Below, in pieces: positions 16,448-24,000 of a stretch of DNA of 24,000 nucleotides (its first letter is position 1; every line of letters starts with the position of its first letter). Under the pieces are notes generated by a model. That model had not been told where the DNA came from. It did not search any database and saw only the letters and a program-made list of their open reading frames with translations. The DNA is from an uncultured Oscillospiraceae bacterium (GTDB lineage Bacteria; Bacillota; Clostridia; Peptostreptococcales; Anaerovoracaceae). Location: positions 4,068 through 28,067 of the forward strand of contig CAYVFH010000007.1 in the NCBI GenBank assembly GCA_964450985.1, written 5' to 3'. The position numbers were made by a program, and so were the translations under genes.

Positions 16448-17845
16448 TTATCCTTTCGAAGCAAGCCTTCCCTTACGAGTCCCCAACCTCAATGTAATTC
16501 CCAAAAGCAAAACAAAGTAAACCGCCATGATAGCCACTACGGTAAACAACAACAAGGTGGATTTGGGTGCCATGCCAATCAGAATCAACATAGGCAACGC
16601 AAACACGATGGCGGAGCAGCTACCGGTAACCAGGTTATTGGCGGCCGGTGTTTTTAAGGTGGGATCGATTTCACGAAGCAGCAGAATCCCGGAGCTTACG
16701 GTACCGGTCATCATGCCGAACATGGACATAAATCCTTCGTAATAATATTCCGGGTATAGTATCTTGGTAACTCGCTTCATGTAATAGAATGTACCAAATC
16801 CACCGGCAAATGACATTAAGATGAACACAATCCAGTTCCCGGATAAATCCCCAATTTCTATAGATGCAATACCTGCTACAATCATCACATCAAAGGCCAG
16901 TCCGGAAATGCGGCTCAGCAGATAATTGTTTTGATATTGACGTGTCATGATGGAACGGTTCTTTAAATGGCGAAGGACGAATCGGAGCAGCATGGCCAAC
17001 AGAGATCCCACGATGAAGTTAAATCCCCACAAGAGACTGTTTACCGAGTCGCCAGCTGCCGGGGATATTCCATTGATTCCCGAAGTCAAGCCCCATGTGG
17101 TGAGATAAGTTCCCAAGTACACCAACACCACCAGCGCCACCTGTACCGATAGTCGGTCCACCGATTCCGCCACCGGAATCTCATCCTTATGCTGAAACAT
17201 ATCGATGGTCACAGACCCGGATATTTCTTCATACCCATTCCCTCGAATCAATCCCTTGCGGCGAAGTACATTCAGATAGATTACGCCCGCCACACAGGCC
17301 CAAAGAAATCCCATGGCCGCAATGGCCAGTGCGAAGGATCTTCCGCCGGTCATGCCCATGCTCTCGTAGATGGTGCCCACATTGTTGGCCTGTCCGGGAC
17401 CTTGTCCATATCCCATAGGCAATAGGATTCCCGCCGCCTTGAAGAACTGGGGCATAAATGTATATCCCACTCCAATGGTAATCAACAGCCCCATCAGCCC
17501 TTGAAACAAATATACGCTGACAATCAGGGACCCGCTTCGCACCCCCACCCAGCGGCCGGTCTCCTCTATAGTGGAAGGCTCCGGCACCCGCAGGGTCATG
17601 GCGATGAACCCCAAAGCAATCCCGTGATAGGTAATCATCTCCAACAGTTCCAACTGCATATTGAGAATTCCCGTAGAACGAAGAATCAATAGCAAAAATC
17701 CCCCCAATACTGCCGTGGGCATTAAGGAATTACGAATGATGGGAAAATTCCTGCGAAGGGCATTTGCCGCCAAAACCGTAGCGGCGATGATTCCAAATTG
17801 GACCACCACATTCCATAGGCCTACATTTGCTGCGGAAAAATCCAT
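16448..17845 (-). CDS. Polytopic membrane carrier, sodium/glutamate symporter (GltS/ESS)-like
   Basis: About 465 aa and hydrophobic throughout (10 or more predicted TM segments). The N-terminal block LRRNFPIIRNSLMPTAVLGGFLLL resembles the GltS block (K..IP.PV.GG). A glycine-rich re-entrant-like loop LPMGYGQGPGQANNVG is present. ATG 17845 has SD AAAGGAG 8 nt upstream. The family call is from memory only. Confidence 0.5.
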   Translation of the reverse strand: MDFSAANVGLWNVVVQFGIIAATVLAANALRRNFPIIRNSLMPTAVLGGFLLLILRSTGILNMQLELLEMITYHGIALGFIAMTLRVPEPSTIEETGRWVGVRSGSLIVSVYLFQGLMGLLITIGVGYTFMPQFFKAAGILLPMGYGQGPGQANNVGTIYESMGMTGGRSFALAIAAMGFLWACVAGVIYLNVLRRKGLIRGNGYEEISGSVTIDMFQHKDEIPVAESVDRLSVQVALVVLVYLGTYLTTWGLTSGINGISPAAGDSVNSLLWGFNFIVGSLLAMLLRFVLRHLKNRSIMTRQYQNNYLLSRISGLAFDVMIVAGIASIEIGDLSGNWIVFILMSFAGGFGTFYYMKRVTKILYPEYYYEGFMSMFGMMTGTVSSGILLLREIDPTLKTPAANNLVTGSCSAIVFALPMLILIGMAPKSTLLLFTVVAIMAVYFVLLLGITLRLGTRKGRLASKG

Positions 17846-17864
17846 GGATAAATCTCCTTTCGAA

Positions 17865-19034
17865 TCAAACTCTTCTAACGTCTCCATTTCCGGTCAAGTA
17901 CTTATATAGAACCACATATTTTCGAGCGCTTCTGGGAAACTTGGACTTAATCTCATAATGGGCATTTCCGGAGGAAAATACAATGGACTGTTTCCCATGC
18001 ACGTTCATATCAATAATTTCTTCAAAGGGAAACGCGTACTCTCCCAGGGTGATTCGATCTCCATATAGGCAAAGAGTACCCATGGCCAGTTGAATTCTCT
18101 TATGAGATACCGGGTCCATGAGGTACAGCAGCTGCCCCGGATCGGAAAATGCTTTTTTTGTTCCCATCTGCTGAGCGACTCCGGCCATCTCCTCCACCTG
18201 CCAGTTGTCCCAATCCGTTACGGTGTGGTAGGGCAGATTCTTCCCATGAAGAATTCCATACTCGTCTATGGTAGAACAAAGTTCGCAAGCGGTACAGAAA
18301 AAATCATTACCCTTGCTTCGCAGGGTGCCTATTTCCCCACATGACGGGCACATATATAAAGTGATTTCCAACCACTCCGCCAGGTTCTTTCCGCTATAGG
18401 CGATGGGGTTTTCCTTCTGTCGGGCATAGGCATCCTCGTGAAGATCCCTTTGGATCAGCTCGTTGATTTCCTTGTCCGTCATATGCTTCAATTCTTCGAA
18501 AGGATAGACGCCCACCACATAACCCTTCATTTTCCCTTTTCGATTTTTTGCCGCCCACCGGGGGCTGGTAAAGTAACCACCTTCAAAGCGATAGGTTACC
18601 AGAGTCGTTTGACAAACCTTCACTAATTTCCCCGTTGCCGGCGCAATGGGATGGGTCACCCCATTGAAACTTCGATGACCTTCCGCAAAAATGCAAATAG
18701 AATGGCCCTTTCGAATTCTTCGCATCACATCCTTTACCGCCCCTGCATCCGCCGTGCTTTTCAGCTTGGACACGGGTCCCGCCACCCAGTCAATGACCAC
18801 GGAGCGCCAACCCCAGCTCAAAACATGTTCGCTGGCTAAGAAGTACATATGGCGAGGGAAGCTGCGGGAAATCAAGATAGGATCCACATTGATATTGTGG
18901 TTGGCTAAAATCAAACAGGGCCCCTGAATCCCTTTGGCTTTTTCACTTTTAATGCGAAAAATCCATCCGCTGAAGGGATAGAGAATCAGACGTATGATTC
19001 GATATAATAAGATGTGCCTTTTGGCATGTTCCAT
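17865..19034 (-). CDS. PlsC/LPLAT-family acyltransferase with C-terminal zinc-ribbon and beta-rich domain
   Basis: HX4D catalytic motif in LANHNINVDP (18899..18882) and a second block IFAEGHRS. Downstream lies CPSC-x14-CTAC(ELC), a CxxC...CxxC zinc ribbon (18350..18276), followed by a ~130-aa domain of PH/GRAM-like appearance. The start is 3 nt after the ligase stop. Confidence 0.8.
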   Translation of the reverse strand: MEHAKRHILLYRIIRLILYPFSGWIFRIKSEKAKGIQGPCLILANHNINVDPILISRSFPRHMYFLASEHVLSWGWRSVVIDWVAGPVSKLKSTADAGAVKDVMRRIRKGHSICIFAEGHRSFNGVTHPIAPATGKLVKVCQTTLVTYRFEGGYFTSPRWAAKNRKGKMKGYVVGVYPFEELKHMTDKEINELIQRDLHEDAYARQKENPIAYSGKNLAEWLEITLYMCPSCGEIGTLRSKGNDFFCTACELCSTIDEYGILHGKNLPYHTVTDWDNWQVEEMAGVAQQMGTKKAFSDPGQLLYLMDPVSHKRIQLAMGTLCLYGDRITLGEYAFPFEEIIDMNVHGKQSIVFSSGNAHYEIKSKFPRSARKYVVLYKYLTGNGDVRRV

Positions 19035-19037
19035 TTT

Positions 19038-20789
19038 TTATGCGGGAGAACCTGCGGTCTCCACCTCTCCTATTTTCTCTAATTCCTCCTGCTCCAACAC
19101 AGTATATGCCACTTTTCCCACCAAGGTTTGCGGCAAGGAATCTCGGTATTCGAAATCATATGGCATGGCATATTTGGCGATATTTTCTTTGCAATGCTCA
19201 TAGATACTCTCCTTCACATCATCGGTGGGTTCAAATCCCGGCTTCAACACCAGGAAAGCCTTCACCTTCTCCATTTTATAGGGATCCGGCACACCGATTA
19301 CGGTGGACATGGATACTGCGGGATGGGCATCCAACACATTTTCGATTTGAGATGGGTAGATGGAGTAACCGGAGGAAACAATCATCCGTTTGATGCGTTG
19401 CTTGAAATAGACAAACCCTTCCGAATCGATGACACCCAAGTCTCCGGTATGAAGCCAGGTGTGCCCGTCTTCATGAAGACGTAATACCTGGGCGGTTTCT
19501 TCCGGGTTATCCAGATATCCTTGCATCACGGAAGGGCCGGTTATGCAGATTTCCCCTTCCTCTCCATAAGGAACCTCCTCCACCGAATTCACCTTGCATA
19601 TTTTGTAGTAGGTGTCCGGGAAGGGAATGCCAATGCTCCCCTCTCTATAAAAATCCTTGGGAGTCAGACAACTGGCGGTTACACATTCCGTAGTGCCATA
19701 GCCTTCCCGAATTTGAATTTTTGCTCCTTGCTGTTTTAAAAAGGCATCCACCTTCTTCTTCAGTTCAATGGAAAGAGAATCTCCGCCGGAGAAGACGCCT
19801 TCCAGGCAGGACAAGTCCACCTTCACCATATGCTTATTGCGCAATAAGGCTTCAAATAAGGTGGGAACCCCTGCGATATAGTTGGGTTGATATTTTTTCA
19901 AAAGCTCCGCATAGGTATCAGCACTAAACTGAGGCACCAGGATTTCCAGACAACCATAGCACATGCCGGTGTGAATGCCCACCCCCAGACCAAAGCCGTG
20001 AAATACCGGCATAATGGCCAGCATTCGGTGACCCGCCACCAGGCAATCACCGGCGGCTGCCGTCTGCATGGCCAGGGCATTGAAATTTAAGTTGGATAAT
20101 AGAATTCCTTTGGTAGTTCCGGTGGTTCCACCGCTATATAGAATCGCTCCCGTGTCTTCGCCCTTTACCTGCGCCCGAAACTCTCCCGTATACTGTTTTC
20201 CCACGTCCATGAAATCACGATAAAAAACCACCCCGGGGCCCACCGGCACCTGAGGGATTTTTCGCCCCTTCTTCAGCCAATATCCCAAAGAAACCAAAGG
20301 TTTCAATTCGTCGCTGATGGAAGTAACAATGATATTTTTTAAAGAAGGTGCATGCTTTCTGGCCTCTTGGAATTTTGGGAAAAATCCATCCAAGGTCACC
20401 GCCGCCACACTATGGGAACAGTTCAAATAGAACTCCACTTCCTTTTGTGCGGATAAGGGGTGAATCATATTGGGAATTCCTCCCATGCGATTCAAACCGT
20501 AAAACATCACCAATGCTTGGGGCGAATTGGGTAAACAAATGGTGACACGTTCTCCCTTTTTCACACCCAGGGCCACCAACGCTTTGGCACAGGTATCCAC
20601 ATCCTGAAAGAACTCCCGGTAAGTGGCTCTCTTCCCCAGGAAATCATAGGCTTCATAATCCATAAAGCCCTGTGTCTGTGCCTGTTGCTCCAGAAAGTCA
20701 ATCATTGAACCTTGCGGGTAGGTAAGACGAGCTGGTATGGACCCGTAGGCACTTAACCAGGGCGCCTTCAAAGAAACATCATTCATCAT
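19038..20789 (-). CDS. AMP-forming acyl-CoA/acyl-ACP ligase (long-chain fatty-acid ligase-like, ANL superfamily)
   Basis: AMP-binding motif I ILYSGGTTGTTKG, plus the YGTTE and GDLG..D..G..YF..R.K motifs. 583 aa. The start ATGATG overlaps the upstream stop (ATGATGAATGA, 11-nt overlap). Confidence 0.9.
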   Translation of the reverse strand: MMNDVSLKAPWLSAYGSIPARLTYPQGSMIDFLEQQAQTQGFMDYEAYDFLGKRATYREFFQDVDTCAKALVALGVKKGERVTICLPNSPQALVMFYGLNRMGGIPNMIHPLSAQKEVEFYLNCSHSVAAVTLDGFFPKFQEARKHAPSLKNIIVTSISDELKPLVSLGYWLKKGRKIPQVPVGPGVVFYRDFMDVGKQYTGEFRAQVKGEDTGAILYSGGTTGTTKGILLSNLNFNALAMQTAAAGDCLVAGHRMLAIMPVFHGFGLGVGIHTGMCYGCLEILVPQFSADTYAELLKKYQPNYIAGVPTLFEALLRNKHMVKVDLSCLEGVFSGGDSLSIELKKKVDAFLKQQGAKIQIREGYGTTECVTASCLTPKDFYREGSIGIPFPDTYYKICKVNSVEEVPYGEEGEICITGPSVMQGYLDNPEETAQVLRLHEDGHTWLHTGDLGVIDSEGFVYFKQRIKRMIVSSGYSIYPSQIENVLDAHPAVSMSTVIGVPDPYKMEKVKAFLVLKPGFEPTDDVKESIYEHCKENIAKYAMPYDFEYRDSLPQTLVGKVAYTVLEQEELEKIGEVETAGSPA

Positions 20790-21654
20790 AATCCACGGCC
20801 TCCTTTATCGGGGCTTCCAACAATTTTGGGTTGGCAATCAAGTACTTTAGGAGCTTTACGGAACGGGCAAAATAGAAGCCATCAGCAATTCTCTCATCCA
20901 AGGTGATTCCAAAATTCACCACCCAACGAGGAATAATGTTTCCCCCTGAATCCACCACAGGCATTCGATGGACGTGGCCAATGGTAATCATAATGGAATT
21001 GGTTCCGTAATTATTCAAATGATGGTAACAGGCATCGCACTTTATGCTTCCTAGATTGGAAACCAATACACTGGCATAATTCGTATCGCTATTACAGATG
21101 GACTTTGGCATCCATCCGTGGAAGTCCAAAAATCGAAAAACGGTCATAATAAAACGCATCACCAACCGGGGCATTTTGCTGAGAAAATCCAAAAGGCCGT
21201 CCACCTCCGCCTTCCCATGATCCCGCATTTCCTCCACGTCCCCTGCAATCTTCTGCTGTAGGTCTTTTAGGGTCATTTCCCCCCTAACATCCAGCACCAT
21301 AATCATCTCCTGGGCTTCATCCTGAAAAAACCGCTTCACCATAAAGGCAAAGGTCAGCTTCTTTCGCTGATAGTACCGCCTTCCGGCAACGAACCGGTTC
21401 AGATAGGGTCGATGATACAATGTCTTGGCCAAAGCAGCAATAAAATAATGAAAGGGGGTCACTTTCGCATCCGGGTTCTCCCCTTTCACTCGCTCCAATT
21501 CTTCCATCAAGTCCGTTACATCGATGGTTTCATACAGGTATACCTCGGAATCGCATCGATTGGGAAACAGAAAGGGCATCATGGCATGTACGCCATCCAG
21601 CCCCCGAATCCGGGTCCCGTCCCAACGATCTCCTCGTCTCCTCTTATTTTCCAA
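20779..21654 (-). CDS. Stand-alone CAT/2-oxoacid-dehydrogenase-E2-fold acyltransferase-like protein (catalytic His replaced by Glu)
   Basis: Layout is collinear with an E2 catalytic domain: ...IDVTDLMEEL...KVTPFHYFIAALAKTLYHRPYLNRF...VSNLGS...ITLDERIADGFYFARSVKLLKYL. The DHRxxDG motif reads DERIADG (Glu codon 20895..20893). TTG start at 21654 with GAGGG 9 nt upstream. An in-frame TGA lies 7 codons upstream of that start codon, so it cannot start earlier. Confidence 0.65.
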   Translation of the reverse strand: MENKRRRGDRWDGTRIRGLDGVHAMMPFLFPNRCDSEVYLYETIDVTDLMEELERVKGENPDAKVTPFHYFIAALAKTLYHRPYLNRFVAGRRYYQRKKLTFAFMVKRFFQDEAQEMIMVLDVRGEMTLKDLQQKIAGDVEEMRDHGKAEVDGLLDFLSKMPRLVMRFIMTVFRFLDFHGWMPKSICNSDTNYASVLVSNLGSIKCDACYHHLNNYGTNSIMITIGHVHRMPVVDSGGNIIPRWVVNFGITLDERIADGFYFARSVKLLKYLIANPKLLEAPIKEAVDYDE

Positions 21655-21693
21655 ATCTATCGACCCTCGGTCCTTTCATTGATATGATTCCCT

Positions 21694-21721
21694 ATTATAT
21701 CAAATATGAGGATAATTTCAA
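21694..21721 (-). promoter_or_regulatory. Strong sigma-A-type promoter of the five-gene acyltransferase/ligase/carrier/HutD operon
   Basis: Minus strand reads TTGAAA (21721..21716), a 16-nt spacer, then TGaTATAAT (-10 at 21699..21694). It lies about 35 nt upstream of the SD/TTG start. Confidence 0.55.
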
Positions 21722-21735
21722 TAGATTGCCGTGAC

Positions 21736-23157
21736 CTACCCCTGATTTGTTAGGCTCTCAAGCTGCCATAATTCCTCCTGGGAGGGCACCTTGTTTTCCG
21801 GCATAAAATCTGCAATTCGAGATACGTTCATCAAATGGGTGTAGGTCAGGTTTTCAGATATGGAATTGTTCCCCCAGGTTCCACACCCCAAGGTATTTGT
21901 GGGATTCAATCCATTAAAAAAGCTGCCCCCTGCACTGAAGGAACATGCCTGGTTCACCAGGAAACGGGAAACCGACAATTGTAATCCTGCATACTCTATA
22001 TTCTCCCGATTGTTGGAATGAATGGCCACACTATGGCCTTTCCCCTCTACCTCCAGGTTGGCTTTGGCCATTTCCACACCTTCTTTGAAATCATCATACC
22101 CATGGACTACCAATACCGGGCACATTTTCTCCTTGGTGAGAAGTTCTTCTTTTCCATAGCCTTCTCCCTCCACCACAATCACCCGACAATCTTCCGGCAC
22201 ACCAAGCCCTGCCAGTTCTCCTATCTTTTGAGCCGACTGTCCGATGGCATGACGATTCATTGACCCTTCCGGAAACAAGGCTTCCCGAAGGGTATCTCTC
22301 TCGGAATCCTGCCGCAAGACCAAACAGCCCTCCTCCTCAAAGCATTTCATAATTTCTTCCTTGTGTTCCTTGGGGAATATGGCGCTTTGCTCTCCGGAGC
22401 AAATGATACCATAATCAAATGCTCTACCGGCCACCAACTTGGATACGGCTTCCCGGTAATCGATGCCCCGGTCCAAAATGCATTGCACATTGCCGGCGCC
22501 CACACCCAGGGCCGGTTTGCCGGAGCTGTAAGCCGCCTTCACCATACCCATGCCTCCCGTGGCAATCACCACATCGCATTGAGCCATAAGATTCCGTGTA
22601 TTTTCTCTGGATTGCCAATCCAATATTTGAATCAAATGAGAAGGCATTCCCAGTTTTGCCAGAGCTTCATTCATATATTCCACCGCCTTGGTGCTGCTCT
22701 TGATGGCCCGGTGGTGGGGGGTAACAATGATGGCATTGCCGCACTTCAATGCAAACATGGCATTGCTCATAGGGGTTACGATGGGGTTAGTTAGCGGTGT
22801 GATGGATGCCACCAATCCCACCGGCTTGGCCACCTTGGTAATACCGGTTACCTCATCTCTTTCCAGAATACCTCTGGACTTCTTGCCCTTCAGATGATTC
22901 CAGATAACCGATGCCTTGCTCTGATTCTTTATGGTCTTATCGGGTACATTTCCCATACCGGATTCTTCTACTGCCATTTCCGCCAACTCTTCCGCATGGT
23001 CGTAAATGGCCTTGGCAATGGTCATGACAGCGGCATCCACCTCTTCTTGAGACATTTTTTCAAATTCAGCCTGGGCCATCTTCCCTCGCTGAACATACTC
23101 TCCAATATATTCTTCACTGCTTTTTTCCATCCATTGATTTTGTACTCTTTCTTCCAT
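21736..23157 (-). CDS. CoA-acylating aldehyde dehydrogenase, succinate-semialdehyde dehydrogenase (Clostridium kluyveri SucD)-type
   Basis: 473 aa. Blocks AQAEFEKMSQEEVDAAV, ASITPLTNPIVTPM.NAM.ALK..N.IIV.PH, VVIATGG.GMVKAAYSSGKPA.GVG.GN, catalytic Cys in YGIICSGEQS (22401..22399), and C-terminal LGCGTWGNNSISENLTYTHLMNVSRI. These closely follow the C. kluyveri SucD sequence as I recall it. SD AAGGAGAG lies 7 nt upstream of ATG 23157. Confidence 0.8.
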   Translation of the reverse strand: MEERVQNQWMEKSSEEYIGEYVQRGKMAQAEFEKMSQEEVDAAVMTIAKAIYDHAEELAEMAVEESGMGNVPDKTIKNQSKASVIWNHLKGKKSRGILERDEVTGITKVAKPVGLVASITPLTNPIVTPMSNAMFALKCGNAIIVTPHHRAIKSSTKAVEYMNEALAKLGMPSHLIQILDWQSRENTRNLMAQCDVVIATGGMGMVKAAYSSGKPALGVGAGNVQCILDRGIDYREAVSKLVAGRAFDYGIICSGEQSAIFPKEHKEEIMKCFEEEGCLVLRQDSERDTLREALFPEGSMNRHAIGQSAQKIGELAGLGVPEDCRVIVVEGEGYGKEELLTKEKMCPVLVVHGYDDFKEGVEMAKANLEVEGKGHSVAIHSNNRENIEYAGLQLSVSRFLVNQACSFSAGGSFFNGLNPTNTLGCGTWGNNSISENLTYTHLMNVSRIADFMPENKVPSQEELWQLESLTNQG

Positions 23158-23193
23158 GTCAAAGCTCTCCTTGTCCCCATAAATAGTACCCTC

Positions 23194-23222
23194 ATTATAT
23201 CCTACCCCCTGCCCAAAATCAA
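23194..23222 (-). promoter_or_regulatory. Near-consensus sigma-A promoter for the aldehyde dehydrogenase gene
   Basis: Minus strand reads TTGATT (23222..23217), a 17-nt spacer, then TATAAT (23199..23194). It lies between the upstream terminator and the SD. Confidence 0.6.
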
Positions 23223-23247
23223 CGAGAGCCTGTATGCACCGGCCGTT

Positions 23248-23280
23248 AAAAAAGAGACTCCCTAAAGGAGCCCCTCTCTA
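23248..23280 (-). terminator. Rho-independent terminator after the HD-GYP gene
   Basis: Minus strand reads AGGGGCTCC-TTTAG-GGAGTCTCT followed by TTTTTTAA. The stem is about 9 bp including 2 G-U pairs. It begins about 20 nt after the stop at 23299. Confidence 0.6.
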
Positions 23281-23298
23281 TTCCCGCAATGCTTTTTC

Positions 23299-24000
23299 TT
23301 ACAGCGAGCTTGATCTTGCACCCACCCGGGGCTCAATTCTCCCCTCGGAGACCAGCTGCAAGAATACTGCCACCAGATGCGGGTCAAATTGCTGGCCCGC
23401 CTTGCGCTCCAATTCCTGAAGGGCATAGAATACACTGTAGGCATCTTTATAAGGCCTCAGGGATATCATGGCATCAAAGGCATCGGCAATGCATAGAATA
23501 CGGGCGGATAAGGGAATGTCCTCTCCCGAAATTCTTCGAGGATATCCTCTCCCGTTATACCACTCATGGTGGCCGATAACTGCCGGAATAACGTAGTCCA
23601 GAGAAGGCAAATGCCGGATAATGCTGACGGAGTTCTCCACATGTCCTTGCATCAACAAGTACTCTTCATCCGTCAATTGTCCCGGCTTATTCAGAATGTT
23701 TTCGCTGATGCCGATTTTCCCAATATCATGAAGGAGTGCCGCTTCCCGAATGATTTCCACCGCATCGTCACCCAGTCCGATTCCATAGGCAATCTCCGTG
23801 GCATAGTAGGATACATTGTTGGAATGATTGAAGGTGTAATGGTCCTTGGCATCGATGGCCGCAGACAGAGCGTATACCGTGGAGGCATAGCCGGAATAAA
23901 TATCCTGATGGTCCACTTCCAGGCTCACTTGCGTTCCATCCATTCGTTCCACTGTTCCGGAGCTGAGGGCCAATGCATTTTTGCCGCTCTTCTTCGCTTG
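23299..24000 (-). CDS. HD-GYP domain c-di-GMP phosphodiesterase, C-terminal part (5' end off window; probably GGDEF-HD-GYP)
   Basis: HD motif LLHDIGKIG, and HHEWYNGRGYP (23571..23539), a variant of HHExxDGxGYP. The reading frame is open to position 24000. The codons at the edge read QAKKSGKNALALS, which resembles the C-terminal helix of a GGDEF domain (..Y.AK..GKN). The Met at 23973 in the ORF track is therefore internal. Confidence 0.85.
   Translation of the reverse strand, partial: QAKKSGKNALALSSGTVERMDGTQVSLEVDHQDIYSGYASTVYALSAAIDAKDHYTFNHSNNVSYYATEIAYGIGLGDDAVEIIREAALLHDIGKIGISENILNKPGQLTDEEYLLMQGHVENSVSIIRHLPSLDYVIPAVIGHHEWYNGRGYPRRISGEDIPLSARILCIADAFDAMISLRPYKDAYSVFYALQELERKAGQQFDPHLVAVFLQLVSEGRIEPRVGARSSSL

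Noticed and set aside
19044-19065. Short inverted repeat GGAGA-N8-TCTCC at the ligase / PlsC-like junction, as a possible internal terminator
   Set aside because: The stem is only 5 bp with no T-tract, and it lies within the last codons of the ligase gene. The 3-nt intergenic gap argues for coupling rather than termination.
1-24000. Mobile elements, defence systems, CRISPR arrays, tRNA/rRNA genes, prophage or integron signatures
   Set aside because: No transposase, integrase or recombinase-like ORF, no direct or terminal inverted repeats, and no repeat-spacer periodicity were seen. No cloverleaf-like or rRNA-like non-coding stretch is present either. Intergenic regions are all under 145 bp and are accounted for by promoters and terminators.

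Overview
Chromosomal segment that looks like a Firmicutes/Clostridia-type anaerobe. This rests on AGGAGG-type Shine-Dalgarno sites, TTGACA/TATAAT-type promoters, and tilS-ftsH and metG-tatD synteny. I support 19 protein genes, 17 of them on the minus strand. By eye there is no rRNA, tRNA, CRISPR array, transposase/integrase or long repeat. Positions 1-8.1 kb are housekeeping: a partial PucR-like regulator, ftsH, tilS, a small lipoprotein, tatD and metG. The rest is accessory. It holds an LCP-family wall-polymer ligase and an orphan YjjI/YjjW glycyl-radical enzyme plus activase pair. It also holds a divergently transcribed asymmetric heterodimeric ABC exporter. Next comes a tightly packed five-gene minus-strand operon: a CAT/E2-fold acyltransferase with Glu in place of the catalytic His, an AMP-forming acyl ligase, a PlsC-type acyltransferase with a zinc ribbon, a GltS-like carrier, and HutD fused to a membrane anchor. 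Upstream of that operon sit a stand-alone CoA-acylating SSADH-type aldehyde dehydrogenase and a partial HD-GYP (probably GGDEF-HD-GYP) gene. The five-gene operon is my best candidate for an undescribed system (a split Aas-like acyl-activation/acyl-transfer module with extra parts). The YjjI/YjjW pair is second. Two genes (tilS and the first ABC gene) have extended -10 promoters 7-8 nt from the ATG and no SD, suggesting leaderless mRNAs. Several ORF-track entries are over-extended at the 5' end, and most + strand ORFs are antisense shadows of minus-strand genes. All family assignments come from motif reading and recalled family knowledge. No database search was run.
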